Positions 1-8,768 of a stretch of 64,000 nucleotides of DNA are shown here, in pieces. The stretch lies in contig JAGALX010000027.1 in assembly GCA_017625035.1 (NCBI GenBank), positions 1,459 to 65,458 on the forward strand, written 5' to 3'. A model generated the notes under the pieces. It did no database searches. It was not told the origin of the DNA and worked only from the letters and a program-made list of their open reading frames with translations. Position 1 is the first letter of the stretch. Every line of letters starts with the position of its first letter. The translations under genes were made by a program, and so were the position numbers. The DNA comes from Clostridia bacterium (lineage in GTDB: Bacteria; Bacillota; Clostridia; TANB77; CAG-508).

Positions 1-12
1 TTTCCCGCTCCA
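1..12 (+). tRNA. 3' end of a tRNA, probably tRNA-Gly (truncated by window edge)
   Basis: TTTCCCGCTCCA matches the typical tRNA-Gly(GCC) acceptor end with CCA; Gly-Cys adjacency is common; anticodon not visible. Confidence 0.6.
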
Positions 13-129
13 TAATTTTATTACAATTTTGTAATAAAATTTATTTTTTGGAATATATTTATATTAAGAAAACAAAATAATAAAATTCTAGCTACAAATT
101 TTCCAATAAATAAATTGCAAATTTAATAT

Positions 130-203
130 GGCGATATAGCCAAGTGGTAAGGCACGAGTCTGCAAAACTCTGATCCCCGGTTCGAATCCGGGTGTCGCCT
201 CCA
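130..203 (+). tRNA. tRNA-Cys(GCA)
   Basis: GGCGATA/TGTCGCC acceptor stem, D loop AAGTGGTAA, anticodon loop CT-GCA-AA, T loop TTCGAAT, CCA end. Confidence 0.97.
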
Positions 204-207
204 TAGA

Positions 208-251
208 ATACCTTTTAATACGTATTATAACGTGTTAAGAGGTATTATTTT
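208..251 (+). terminator. hairpin downstream of tRNA-Cys, element-supplied terminator
   Basis: AATACCTTTTAATACG...CGTGTTAAGAGGTATT inverted repeat followed by T-run. Confidence 0.55.
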
Positions 252-314
252 TGCCTAAAAATAGGGATTCTTAATTTTTAACTTTTTATTGTGTGTTATA
301 TAAAATTATAGTGT

Positions 315-368
315 ATGTTATAAAAATGTGACAAAATAAAATAATAAATGTGACAAAATGTTATAAAA
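315..368 (+). repeat. integrase arm-type repeats ATGT(T/G)A(T/C)AAAA x4
   Basis: copies at about 315, 326, 348, 358; same doublet recurs at 15726, 17239, 19389. Confidence 0.75.
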
Positions 369-432
369 AAATTCAAAACAAAAAAATAGTAGAATCGGCT
401 TATATCAATGATTCCACTATTTTATTTTTCTT

Positions 433-1851
433 TTATGTTCTTAAATTATTATTTTTATAGTAATCACGAAGTTTTGATTTTTCATCTTTTTTAAATCTTT
501 TTAAGATATGTGCATAAGTTTTTTGTACTTGTTCAACAGTATCTCCAATCAAATCAGCAATAGTTTCTACTTTTAGTCCAGCCTCTAGGCAACGGCATAC
601 AAAGGAATGACGAGCTTGATGTATGAAACAACCGTCTGTATTATCCTCTTGAATATGTAATTTTCTGCAAATTCTTTTAAAAGTAGTTGTTACTTGTGAT
701 GGTGTTATAAAATCTCCGTTTCTATTACAGAATAAAAAATGTTGTGTATTATTATCAAATGTTTTTGAGTGTTCTATTTGTTCCTTGAAAATATCTTCTA
801 TTACATTTTCAGGTGCAATATCAAAGTCTATTTCTCTATAGTCAGGCAATCCTTTTTTTCTTCTTTTTTCAGAATTTTTTGTACTATCTCCTAAAATGAA
901 TTTTCCGTTTTCATCTCTAGTAATGGTTTTTGATATTTTAAATATTTCTTTTTCAAAGTCTATATCGCTTGTATAATGTTTTTGGTCATATCCTGTTTGT
1001 AATGCTAATATTTCTCCAATTCTTTGACCACAATCAAAAGACAATTTTACAATATTCTTAAATGTAATACTATCCATTGATGACCTAATATCTGTTAAGC
1101 TTGGAGTTGTATTAATATAGTCTAATAAAAGATTCTGCTCATCAGTTTCAAAAGCTCTTGCTATTTTTGTTGGTAATTTACTTGTTACAGGAGTTATATT
1201 ATCACAAGGATTTTCAACTATTAAATGATGTTGTATTGCATACTTAAAACCTGCTTTTATTTCATCTCTGTGTTTATTTATTTCACTTTGAGAGAAACCC
1301 TCTTTTAAACTGTTTAAATAATCTTGTATGTTATCTTTTGTTATTTTTTGTATTGGTTTATCTGCTAATCCATATTTTTTCATTTTATTTCTTAAATTTT
1401 TGTTTCTACCGTGTGTATTATCTTTTATTACATTAGCATTTAATCTAACTTCATTTTTCTTTTCTAAAATTTCAAATAATGTGAGTTCGGATTTTTCTAC
1501 GAATCCACCATTTTTATATTTATCGATACTTTGTTGTGCTTCTTCTTGTGTATTAAAACTACCTAAATATTCTCTTTTACCGTTATTGATTTGTGGAGAA
1601 AAAGCTTTATATTTAATTCCTATATAAAATCTATCACAATTTTTATTAGTACATTCTTTACATTTTTTACAAGCATTAGTTCCCTCTCGATTGTTACAAA
1701 TACTTCTGTCTTTACATTCACTACAAATTTTGCACATCTGAGTTAAACGTCTTTCTTTTCTATCATTTTTTTGAATGTTTTTGGTTATTGTTCCTGTTCC
1801 TTTTCTTCCTCTTGTTTTTAATTGTTCATTTTTTTTAGGTCTACCTGCCAT
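433..1851 (-). CDS. int: tyrosine recombinase/integrase with Cys-rich N-terminus
   Basis: GQRIGEILAL (R), IHQARHSF (HxxR), LIGD...KTYAH (Y); AP2-like GKREYLGSFNTQEEA arm-binding segment; RBS AAGGAGG. Confidence 0.93.
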   Translation of the reverse strand: MAGRPKKNEQLKTRGRKGTGTITKNIQKNDRKERRLTQMCKICSECKDRSICNNREGTNACKKCKECTNKNCDRFYIGIKYKAFSPQINNGKREYLGSFNTQEEAQQSIDKYKNGGFVEKSELTLFEILEKKNEVRLNANVIKDNTHGRNKNLRNKMKKYGLADKPIQKITKDNIQDYLNSLKEGFSQSEINKHRDEIKAGFKYAIQHHLIVENPCDNITPVTSKLPTKIARAFETDEQNLLLDYINTTPSLTDIRSSMDSITFKNIVKLSFDCGQRIGEILALQTGYDQKHYTSDIDFEKEIFKISKTITRDENGKFILGDSTKNSEKRRKKGLPDYREIDFDIAPENVIEDIFKEQIEHSKTFDNNTQHFLFCNRNGDFITPSQVTTTFKRICRKLHIQEDNTDGCFIHQARHSFVCRCLEAGLKVETIADLIGDTVEQVQKTYAHILKRFKKDEKSKLRDYYKNNNLRT

Positions 1852-1902
1852 TATTAATCCTCCTTAATATTTTCATACTTTAAGAAAGATTTTGTTGTTA
1901 TA

Positions 1903-2012
1903 TTGCATTTTGGAACGTTTTTTGCTACAATATAAAAAGCAAATGCTTTCTTAAAAGTATTTGTTCGTATGGTAATGTATGTTAGTTTGGCGACTGGATA
2001 CATTACCTTTTT
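1903..2012 (+). ncRNA. putative antisense RNA to the integrase leader (promoter + terminator)
   Basis: TTGCAT-17-TACAAT at 1903-1931; hairpin GGTAATGTAT...ATACATTACC + T5 at 1971-2012. Confidence 0.55.
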
Positions 2013-2013
2013 A

Positions 2014-2481
2014 TTATTTTGGATTTTTGTTTTCATTATATTGTTGTTCTAGTATATCAATAAATTCTTTATTATTATTTAATATTTGAACAATAGCTTT
2101 TATTCTTTCATCAGAAATCTCTGAATCTACTGTTGAAATTATATCGTTTTGCTGTAAATCATTCTTTAATTTTGACCATTGCGCTAAACTTTTTTCTGCT
2201 CCTTTTGAATAATATTTCATTCCTAAACCTGTTAAATATTGTTCAACATCTTTATAAGGGAGAGGTTCATCAATCATTCCTATTAAATAATCTAAAGAAA
2301 TATTTAAGTTTTTTGCTATTCTTATTTTTATTTCATCTCGTACACTTCTTTCTCCTCTTTCATACATAGATAATGCAGAATAAGTAATGTCATTTTGTTT
2401 TGCAAAATCTTCTCTTGTAATTCCTAACTTTTCTCTTTCTTCTTTAATTCTTTTTCCAAAAATTATTTTATCGTTCCTCAT
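2014..2481 (-). CDS. XRE/cI-like HTH repressor
   Basis: FGKRIKEEREKLGITREDFA...ALSMYERGER HTH_3 pattern; divergent from excisionase; start chosen by RBS GAGGTGA. Confidence 0.88.
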   Translation of the reverse strand: MRNDKIIFGKRIKEEREKLGITREDFAKQNDITYSALSMYERGERSVRDEIKIRIAKNLNISLDYLIGMIDEPLPYKDVEQYLTGLGMKYYSKGAEKSLAQWSKLKNDLQQNDIISTVDSEISDERIKAIVQILNNNKEFIDILEQQYNENKNPK

Positions 2482-2496
2482 AAAATCACCTCTTTT

Positions 2497-2661
2497 GCAC
2501 AAATTGTGTTATTGTTTTCGATTATAATTATAGCACGATATGTGTAAAAAGTCAATATTTTTAAAAAAAGTCTTGATGTTTTACACAATATGTGCTATAA
2601 TGCCATTGAAAAGAATTTACAACTTTTCTATTTTTTTCTTTATTAATTGCACATTTTGTGC
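2497..2661. promoter_or_regulatory. divergent promoter switch with four 13-bp operators RCAC-N5-GTGY
   Basis: operators at 2497, 2533, 2583, 2649; TTGACT-17-TATAAT (-, 2527-2555) and TTGATG-17-TATAAT (+, 2573-2601), each with an operator in the spacer. Confidence 0.8.
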
Positions 2662-2701
2662 AATTATGTATTGTTTTCAAATAAATATATATTGAAAGGA
2701 G

Positions 2702-2896
2702 ATGTTTTTAATGGAATTAGAATCAAGAACATTAACTGTTCAAGATGTAAGAGCAGACTTGCAAGTTGGAAGAAATACAGTTTATAGGATATTTGCACGT
2801 CCTGACTTCCCTGCTATTACAGAGGGAAGAAAATTTGTAGTGGATTCAATCGCTTATGCTGAATGGAAAAAACAAAGAAGAACAAAGGAGGATTAA
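2702..2896 (+). CDS. excisionase-like winged HTH (HTH_17)
   Basis: LTVQDVRADLQVGRNTVYRIF...FPAITEGRKFVV pattern; position opposite repressor. Confidence 0.8.
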   Translation: MFLMELESRTLTVQDVRADLQVGRNTVYRIFARPDFPAITEGRKFVVDSIAYAEWKKQRRTKED

Positions 2897-2939
2897 AAGA
2901 TGTTTATATTAAAAAATAATAAATACTACTTATTAATAT

Positions 2940-3043
2940 AAAAAAGCAATGAACTTTAATAAGAACATTGCTAGACAACTATAAAAATTAGTTTATTAAT
3001 TTGTGATTATTTTAAGTATAGACTAATTTTTATAGCTTGTCAA
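2940..3043 (-). ncRNA. putative countertranscript RNA upstream of primase
   Basis: TTGACA-17-TATACT on minus strand (3043-3015); terminator hairpin AGCAATG/CATTGCT 2945-2972 with U-tail. Confidence 0.6.
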
Positions 3044-3071
3044 ATTTATAAAAAAATTAGGAGGACTAACA

Positions 3072-4118
3072 ATGAATATAACAGAATTAAAGCAACATAT
3101 CTTTCAAAATAGTCTTCAAAGAAAAATATTAGAAGAACTAGGATTGCATAACATCAGAGAAGATAGCAACAAAATTCAATGTAGTAATATAGACGGCGAT
3201 AATCCTACTGCAATTTGTATTTACAAAAATAATGTAGATTTAATGGTTACAAATTATACAAGAGATATTAAAGATAAATATAATAATTCAGATATAATAG
3301 CTCTTGTAGAGTTTGTAAAAAATTATGACTTTGCAGAAGCAGTACAATGGATTCAAAAAGTTTTAGACATAGATAATAAACCTGCTAAAAAAGAGATAAC
3401 AGAGCAAGACAAACTAGATTATATTTTTAATAATTCTAATTATATATTAGATGACAAACAAGATGAGGTGTTGCTTCCTGCAATTAGCGAAGATTATCTA
3501 AATGCATACTTGAGTTGGAATAATACAGAATTTTATAAAGATAATATATCATACGAAACACAGGCAGAGTTTGAACTTGGAATTGATGTTTTCTCTCACA
3601 GAATCACAATACCAATACGAGATGAATTAGGGAGACTTGTTGGAATAAAAGGTCGAAGAGTATGGGACGTAATTGATGAGTACAATCCAAAATATCTTTA
3701 TCTTTATAATTGTGAAAAATCTAAAATTTTATATGGACTGTATAAAACACTTCCATTTATAAAAGAAAGAAACGAAGTCATCATTTGCGAATCTGAAAAA
3801 GGTGTAATGCAACTTTGGTCTTATGGATTCAAAAATTCAGTATCAATTGGAGGTCATTCATTGAGTGATTGGCAAGTTCGCAGAATTGAAGATTTAGATG
3901 TAGATATAGTAATTGCATTTGATGAAGATGTAGAAAATGACATCATATTTGAAGAAGCTAAAAAGTTCTTAACTGAAAATAAAATCTATTATATAAATGA
4001 TATAGAAAACATTTTAAATATTAAAGAAAGTCCAATGGATTCTCCAGGAAACTGGGATAGACTATATAAAAATAGATTCTTGTTTATGCAAAATCATTGT
4101 AATGATTGGGAGGTGTAA
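3072..4118 (+). CDS. phage-type DnaG-like (TOPRIM) primase
   Basis: RITIPIRDELGRLVGIKGR, ICESEKG, AFDED TOPRIM acidic motifs. Confidence 0.8.
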   Translation: MNITELKQHIFQNSLQRKILEELGLHNIREDSNKIQCSNIDGDNPTAICIYKNNVDLMVTNYTRDIKDKYNNSDIIALVEFVKNYDFAEAVQWIQKVLDIDNKPAKKEITEQDKLDYIFNNSNYILDDKQDEVLLPAISEDYLNAYLSWNNTEFYKDNISYETQAEFELGIDVFSHRITIPIRDELGRLVGIKGRRVWDVIDEYNPKYLYLYNCEKSKILYGLYKTLPFIKERNEVIICESEKGVMQLWSYGFKNSVSIGGHSLSDWQVRRIEDLDVDIVIAFDEDVENDIIFEEAKKFLTENKIYYINDIENILNIKESPMDSPGNWDRLYKNRFLFMQNHCNDWEV

Positions 4119-4120
4119 CA

Positions 4121-5254
4121 ATGCACTTTCCTACTACAATAATTTTTCAGTATGATACATTTAGAAATAATCTAACTTCTGTTACACAATATTTTACAAT
4201 ATTGTATGAAGAACATAAAGAATTAATTGAAAAATTAGATTTAAAAAATTACATTCAAGTTGATGAATTAGCTACAGTTTTAGTTTTAGAATTAAATGTA
4301 AAAATATATGACATATCTATAGAAACAATAATACAAGGAATTCTAAAGAATCTTTTTTCAAAATCATCTATACAAAATAATTTAATAACAACTAATAACA
4401 AGATGATTGGAAAAACTTATGTAATAAAAGAAATTTCATTAAAAGATTTAATATGCAATTTTTATCAGTTCATCAAGGGCAGAGGTCATTTTGCTAGAGA
4501 TATGAAAACTGTTACTAAACAATGGGAAATAGCATTAGATAAGAATTATTTAGCTTTTTTTGAAGAAGGATTACAAGATGAAGACATCATACAATTACAA
4601 AATAATAGAATTCGCAACAATAATGATGAACTAGATTTATATAGACATTTTTCAGTAGAACAATCAATATATAATTCTTTATATTTTTTGGAGAAACAAA
4701 ATTCAGATAACTTCTATTACATCTATTACAGAATAAAAAATACTAATAGATTTTATAAATTTGTAATGTCAAAGGGTAAAGATTATAAAGAATTCCAAAG
4801 CATACAAAAAAGTTATGACTACATAAGAATTAATTTTGATGAAGCACTTGATAGATGTCAGTTATTTTATGAGCTTGAATTTGAAATACTAGAAACCATC
4901 ACAAAAGAACAGATTGAAGCAATTATTTCTAATTTTGTATTAATAAATGGAGGAAAGAAAAAGATTAAACAGTACATACAATATTTAGATTTAGAAGCAT
5001 TAAAAAATTATGATTGGAATATTCAACTTGATATTGCAACATTAAATGCTAATAATACAGATTTATCTTGTGTAGCAAAATGTTCTGAATTTTGTCCTTT
5101 TTATGAAAATTGCAATCCTATTCAAGACAATATGATAGAAACGATTAAGAATAGGAAGCCTATTGAAGCTAAAGAGAACACTATAAACTATGTAGAATTA
5201 GAAAAAGCAAGAGAAGAATTAAAAAGATTTATAAGGGAGGCGTTTTGGTTTTGA
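4121..5254 (+). CDS. replication protein, N-terminal part (C-terminal Cys cluster CxxxCxxxCPFYxxC)
   Basis: LSCVAKCSEFCPFYENC; lies between primase and helicase; overlaps the next ORF. Confidence 0.5.
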   Translation: MHFPTTIIFQYDTFRNNLTSVTQYFTILYEEHKELIEKLDLKNYIQVDELATVLVLELNVKIYDISIETIIQGILKNLFSKSSIQNNLITTNNKMIGKTYVIKEISLKDLICNFYQFIKGRGHFARDMKTVTKQWEIALDKNYLAFFEEGLQDEDIIQLQNNRIRNNNDELDLYRHFSVEQSIYNSLYFLEKQNSDNFYYIYYRIKNTNRFYKFVMSKGKDYKEFQSIQKSYDYIRINFDEALDRCQLFYELEFEILETITKEQIEAIISNFVLINGGKKKIKQYIQYLDLEALKNYDWNIQLDIATLNANNTDLSCVAKCSEFCPFYENCNPIQDNMIETIKNRKPIEAKENTINYVELEKAREELKRFIREAFWF

Positions 5255-6699
5255 GATATAGACATCAAAATAAGGTTATCCTGGTTAAAGGTGGTTGTGG
5301 ACTTGGAAAATCAAGTGCATACGCAGACTTATTAACAAAAAATGAATGGCTAGACGATAAAATAATTGCTTTGCCTACAAATAAGGCAAAAAGGCATATT
5401 TTTGAAGTGATTAATCAAAAAAAAACTAAAGATACTACTAATAAATTTATGATGACACCTGACTTTGAGAAACTATCATCAGAAGTTTACAAAGAAGTAG
5501 ATAGACTTCAAAAAATAGGTGCATACGAACAATTGAAATGTTATATAGAAAACTATGTTTTTAAATATGCTACAGATGAGAATAAAGTAAAAAATATATT
5601 GATTTTAAATAATTATTTAAAAGATAATGAAAGAGTCAAAGATTTTGCAAATGCAATTATAACAACACATACAAGAGCATTTTATTTAACAGACAAAGTA
5701 TATGACACACATAGTGTAATTTATGATGAAGATATTTTGAATGAGGCAATTAAAATAATTGAAATACCTATAAAAGCTATTGAAGAAACATTGCCAAATT
5801 TAAAAGAATCAAAGATGATTATTCAGGAAAAACTGGAACTTGCAATAAATAATAAATATAGACAAGTTATACCTGTTGAATCACACGTTTGGTATCAAGA
5901 TAAGATTGAAGCAGAAATAAAAGAGAGCAAAAAAATATATTGTAACATAAATGATTTATTGAGATGTAAAGCGATTGCTAGAAGTAATAAATTTTTTGCT
6001 AAAACCTTATCTAATCCAAATGGAAGAGATGAAGATGATACTTTATGGATTTTAGTTGAAAATACATTACCATATAGAAAAAGTCTAGTATTATCAGCAA
6101 CAGCAGACATACAATTATACAAAGACTATTTTGAAAAGAAGTGCAAAAGAAAACTTGAAATAAAAGAAACTCCAAAAGTAGAAAATGTGGGAACTATTAT
6201 TCAACATTATTCATACACATACAGTAAAGATTGCTTGAGAAAGAATCCTGAAATATTAGAAACAATAAGAGAAGAACACAAAGAGGATTTAATAATTTTG
6301 CCTAAAGAATTTCTTGATAGAGGAAGAAAAGCTAACGGACTTGAAATTGAAATGGGAAAATTAGAAAGTATTGACGAATTGAAAGGTACAAATTTAGTAA
6401 TTGTTGGACTTCCAAATAGAAGTGAAATATATCACAAAATGATGGAATATGCTATATATGGTGTAATACATAATGAAGCAAATATGAGAAATGCTTGGGA
6501 AGAAAATGAATTCGGAAAATTTCAATTTTTTAATTATCCTGAAAAATATGCAAATTTGAGAAGAATCAGATTTTGGGAATGTGAGGAAACTTTAAATCAG
6601 TTGATTGGAAGAGCAAGACTTGTGTTGCCTGAAAATTATCAAACTATAGTACATATTTACGCAAAATATCCTGTTGAAAATGCTATTTATATGCCATAA
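5245..6699 (+). CDS. SF2-like helicase domain protein
   Basis: Walker A GGCGLGKSS, IALPT, IYDED, LSAT, QLIGRAR motifs. Confidence 0.75.
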   Translation: MVLRYRHQNKVILVKGGCGLGKSSAYADLLTKNEWLDDKIIALPTNKAKRHIFEVINQKKTKDTTNKFMMTPDFEKLSSEVYKEVDRLQKIGAYEQLKCYIENYVFKYATDENKVKNILILNNYLKDNERVKDFANAIITTHTRAFYLTDKVYDTHSVIYDEDILNEAIKIIEIPIKAIEETLPNLKESKMIIQEKLELAINNKYRQVIPVESHVWYQDKIEAEIKESKKIYCNINDLLRCKAIARSNKFFAKTLSNPNGRDEDDTLWILVENTLPYRKSLVLSATADIQLYKDYFEKKCKRKLEIKETPKVENVGTIIQHYSYTYSKDCLRKNPEILETIREEHKEDLIILPKEFLDRGRKANGLEIEMGKLESIDELKGTNLVIVGLPNRSEIYHKMMEYAIYGVIHNEANMRNAWEENEFGKFQFFNYPEKYANLRRIRFWECEETLNQLIGRARLVLPENYQTIVHIYAKYPVENAIYMP

Positions 6700-7025
6700 T
6701 GGAGGTTGGCTTTTTTTTGGAAAATAGTATTATTTATTATATGGTGTTTTACCAAAATAAAGCCAAATATTTTTATTTAAAAATATGGTGTTTAATAGTC
6801 CCCCTCTTAAAACCTATAGTATTTTCAATGGTTTTTGATTATTCTGTAGATGAAGAAAAATAAAGTTTTTTATACTCTCTGTAGGAGTGAATCACATCTT
6901 ACAGAGTTTTTTTGTCGGTCGAAGTTAATGTGCTACAGATATATATCAAGATTTTAAAAGTTAAAAATATGTAAAATAGCCCCCTCATTTTATTAAAAAA
7001 ATATTAAAAAATAAATAAAATAATA

Positions 7026-7075
7026 TTGACAAATGCTAGGTACTAGTGTACAATATAATTGTACTAGGTACTAGT
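7026..7075 (+). promoter_or_regulatory. sigmaA promoter with two CTAGGTACTAGT operators
   Basis: TTGACA-17-TACAAT 7026-7054; operator copies at 7036 and 7064. Confidence 0.7.
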
Positions 7076-7115
7076 ATAATTATTGTGTTATAAATATTTT
7101 AGAAAGGAGGTCTGT

Positions 7116-7304
7116 ATGGCTAAATTGATAGTCTGTCGTGATTATCAATCCAAAAAAGATAAATCAACAGAAGATAAAACAATAGTCGGATATAAAATAA
7201 ATTTAACCAAAACAGGTGTAGAAAATATTTCTAAACTAACTAAAGATGACGAACTTGAAATTGAATATAAAGAAAATATGATTGTAATCACGAAAAAAAA
7301 ATAA
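7116..7304 (+). CDS. small AbrB/MazE-like DNA-binding protein
   Basis: YKINLTK...LTKDDELEIEYKENMIVITKK swapped-hairpin pattern; RBS AAGGAGG. Confidence 0.6.
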   Translation: MAKLIVCRDYQSKKDKSTEDKTIVGYKINLTKTGVENISKLTKDDELEIEYKENMIVITKKK

Positions 7305-7419
7305 AACTTATATAATCATCTCGGTCGGCAAACTTCAATGATTATATAAGCCTCTATAACACAACAATATAAATTGAATGTGTCTTGATAATTATAAAAT
7401 AATATAAGAAAAAAATCAA
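7293..7419 (-). ncRNA. putative antisense RNA to the leader of ORF 7460
   Basis: TTGATT-17-TATAAT on minus (7419-7391); hairpin 7307-7350 followed by U-run on minus strand. Confidence 0.55.
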
Positions 7420-7459
7420 GCCACATTTCAAAATAAGTTATGAAAGGTGGTTTTTTATT

Positions 7460-7858
7460 ATGGGAAAAATAACACAAGAACAAATTAAAAGTATAAATAG
7501 TAAATGTTTAAATGATTGGAGGCTTGACACAGAATATTTTATTTTTCACAATGAAAAGACTTTAATAAAACATATACAACTAGATAACGAACATTATCTT
7601 GAATTTAAGTTAAGATACAATTACAAAAATCAAATATCATTACATATTAGTAAATTTTATCATAAACAAGGCGATTATTTCGCAAGTAGTAACGGACTTG
7701 GTAAAAATAAAGTATTAAATGAAACACAAGCAAAAAGAAAAAATGTAAACGATTTAATAGAATTTACAAAAACTTTGACAGATGATGAGCTTATGCAGAT
7801 AAACAAAAATACAGAAGTAACAAAAAGTTGTATGTTTGTAGCTAGTGAACAATTTTAA
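7460..7858 (+). CDS. hypothetical protein
   Basis: 132 aa ORF with RBS AAAGGTGG. Confidence 0.7.
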   Translation: MGKITQEQIKSINSKCLNDWRLDTEYFIFHNEKTLIKHIQLDNEHYLEFKLRYNYKNQISLHISKFYHKQGDYFASSNGLGKNKVLNETQAKRKNVNDLIEFTKTLTDDELMQINKNTEVTKSCMFVASEQF

Positions 7859-8007
7859 GTATTTGGGGAGGATAACTCCTCCCTACCATATTATTGATAA
7901 AGTTGCAACAATTCGCAATATAGAAAGGATTAAAAAATGTTATTTATAATATTAAAAGCAATTCTTATTATTGTAATGGCAATTTACATTTGCAGTAAAT
8001 AAAATAA

Positions 8008-8125
8008 TCGTTCCTAAAAGGTTTGAAATAAATGGAACGTTCCAACAATTCAAATTTAACTTTTTAGGAACACAAAAAATATAAAAAATGATAGTTTCAT
8101 AAAACCATCGTTTTTGGAACGATAA
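8008..8125. promoter_or_regulatory. putative res site of the serine resolvase
   Basis: inverted half-sites GTTCCTAAAA/TTTTAGGAAC, GGAACGTTCC and GTTTCATAAAA/TTTTGGAACG directly upstream of the resolvase. Confidence 0.5.
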
Positions 8126-8144
8126 AAAAGGAGTTGAATTTGAA

Positions 8145-8768
8145 ATGAAAAAAGTAGGATATATGCGTGTTAGCACAGGAAAGCAAAATTTAGATAGACA
8201 ATACGAAGATTTTAAAAAATTAGGTATTGAAGATAAATATATTTATGAGGATAAGGCAACAGGAAAAAATTTTGAACGTGTTGGCTTTGAATATATGAAA
8301 CGTGCATTAGAAAAAGGAGATATTTTAGTTATATCATCTCTTGATAGATTAGGACGTAATGCAAAAGAATTAAAAGAACAATGGGAATATTTTAAAGATA
8401 ATAAAATATCAGTACAAGTTTTAGATATGCCGTCTTTGAATTTAGATTATGCAGATGAAAAAATGCAACCTATTACACAACTAATAAACAATATAATATT
8501 TGAGATTTTTAGTTGGAAAGCAGAATCAGACAGAGTTCAAATAGTAGAACGTACAAAACAAGGTTTGGAACAAGCTAGACATCGTGGGAAATCTTTAGGA
8601 CGTCCAAAAGTTGAAATTACAGAAGAATTTGTCGAAATTTGGAGAAAATGGAAAAATGGAGAATTTAAAACAACTGTAGAGGCAATGAAACAAAGTAAAA
8701 CAAGTAAAACTACATTTTATAGATTAAATAAAATTTTAGAAAATGGGGATAAAAATAATGATAAATAA
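8145..8768 (+). CDS. small serine recombinase (resolvase/invertase)
   Basis: GYMRVST..QNLDRQ, GDILVISSLDRLGRN, GKSLGRPK, C-terminal HTH. Confidence 0.95.
   Translation: MKKVGYMRVSTGKQNLDRQYEDFKKLGIEDKYIYEDKATGKNFERVGFEYMKRALEKGDILVISSLDRLGRNAKELKEQWEYFKDNKISVQVLDMPSLNLDYADEKMQPITQLINNIIFEIFSWKAESDRVQIVERTKQGLEQARHRGKSLGRPKVEITEEFVEIWRKWKNGEFKTTVEAMKQSKTSKTTFYRLNKILENGDKNNDK

Noticed and set aside
1854-2036. 60 aa ORF between repressor and integrase
   Set aside because: Overlaps the repressor end, lacks a clear RBS and coincides with hairpin/promoter elements; more likely a non-coding leader.
5231-5254. Two successive AGG +1 slips could join ORFs 4121 and 5245
   Set aside because: In-frame AGG is read as ordinary Arg at conserved sites in mraZ (QGRF), ftsH (VPRG) and tilS, and GGGAGG is better explained as an RBS.
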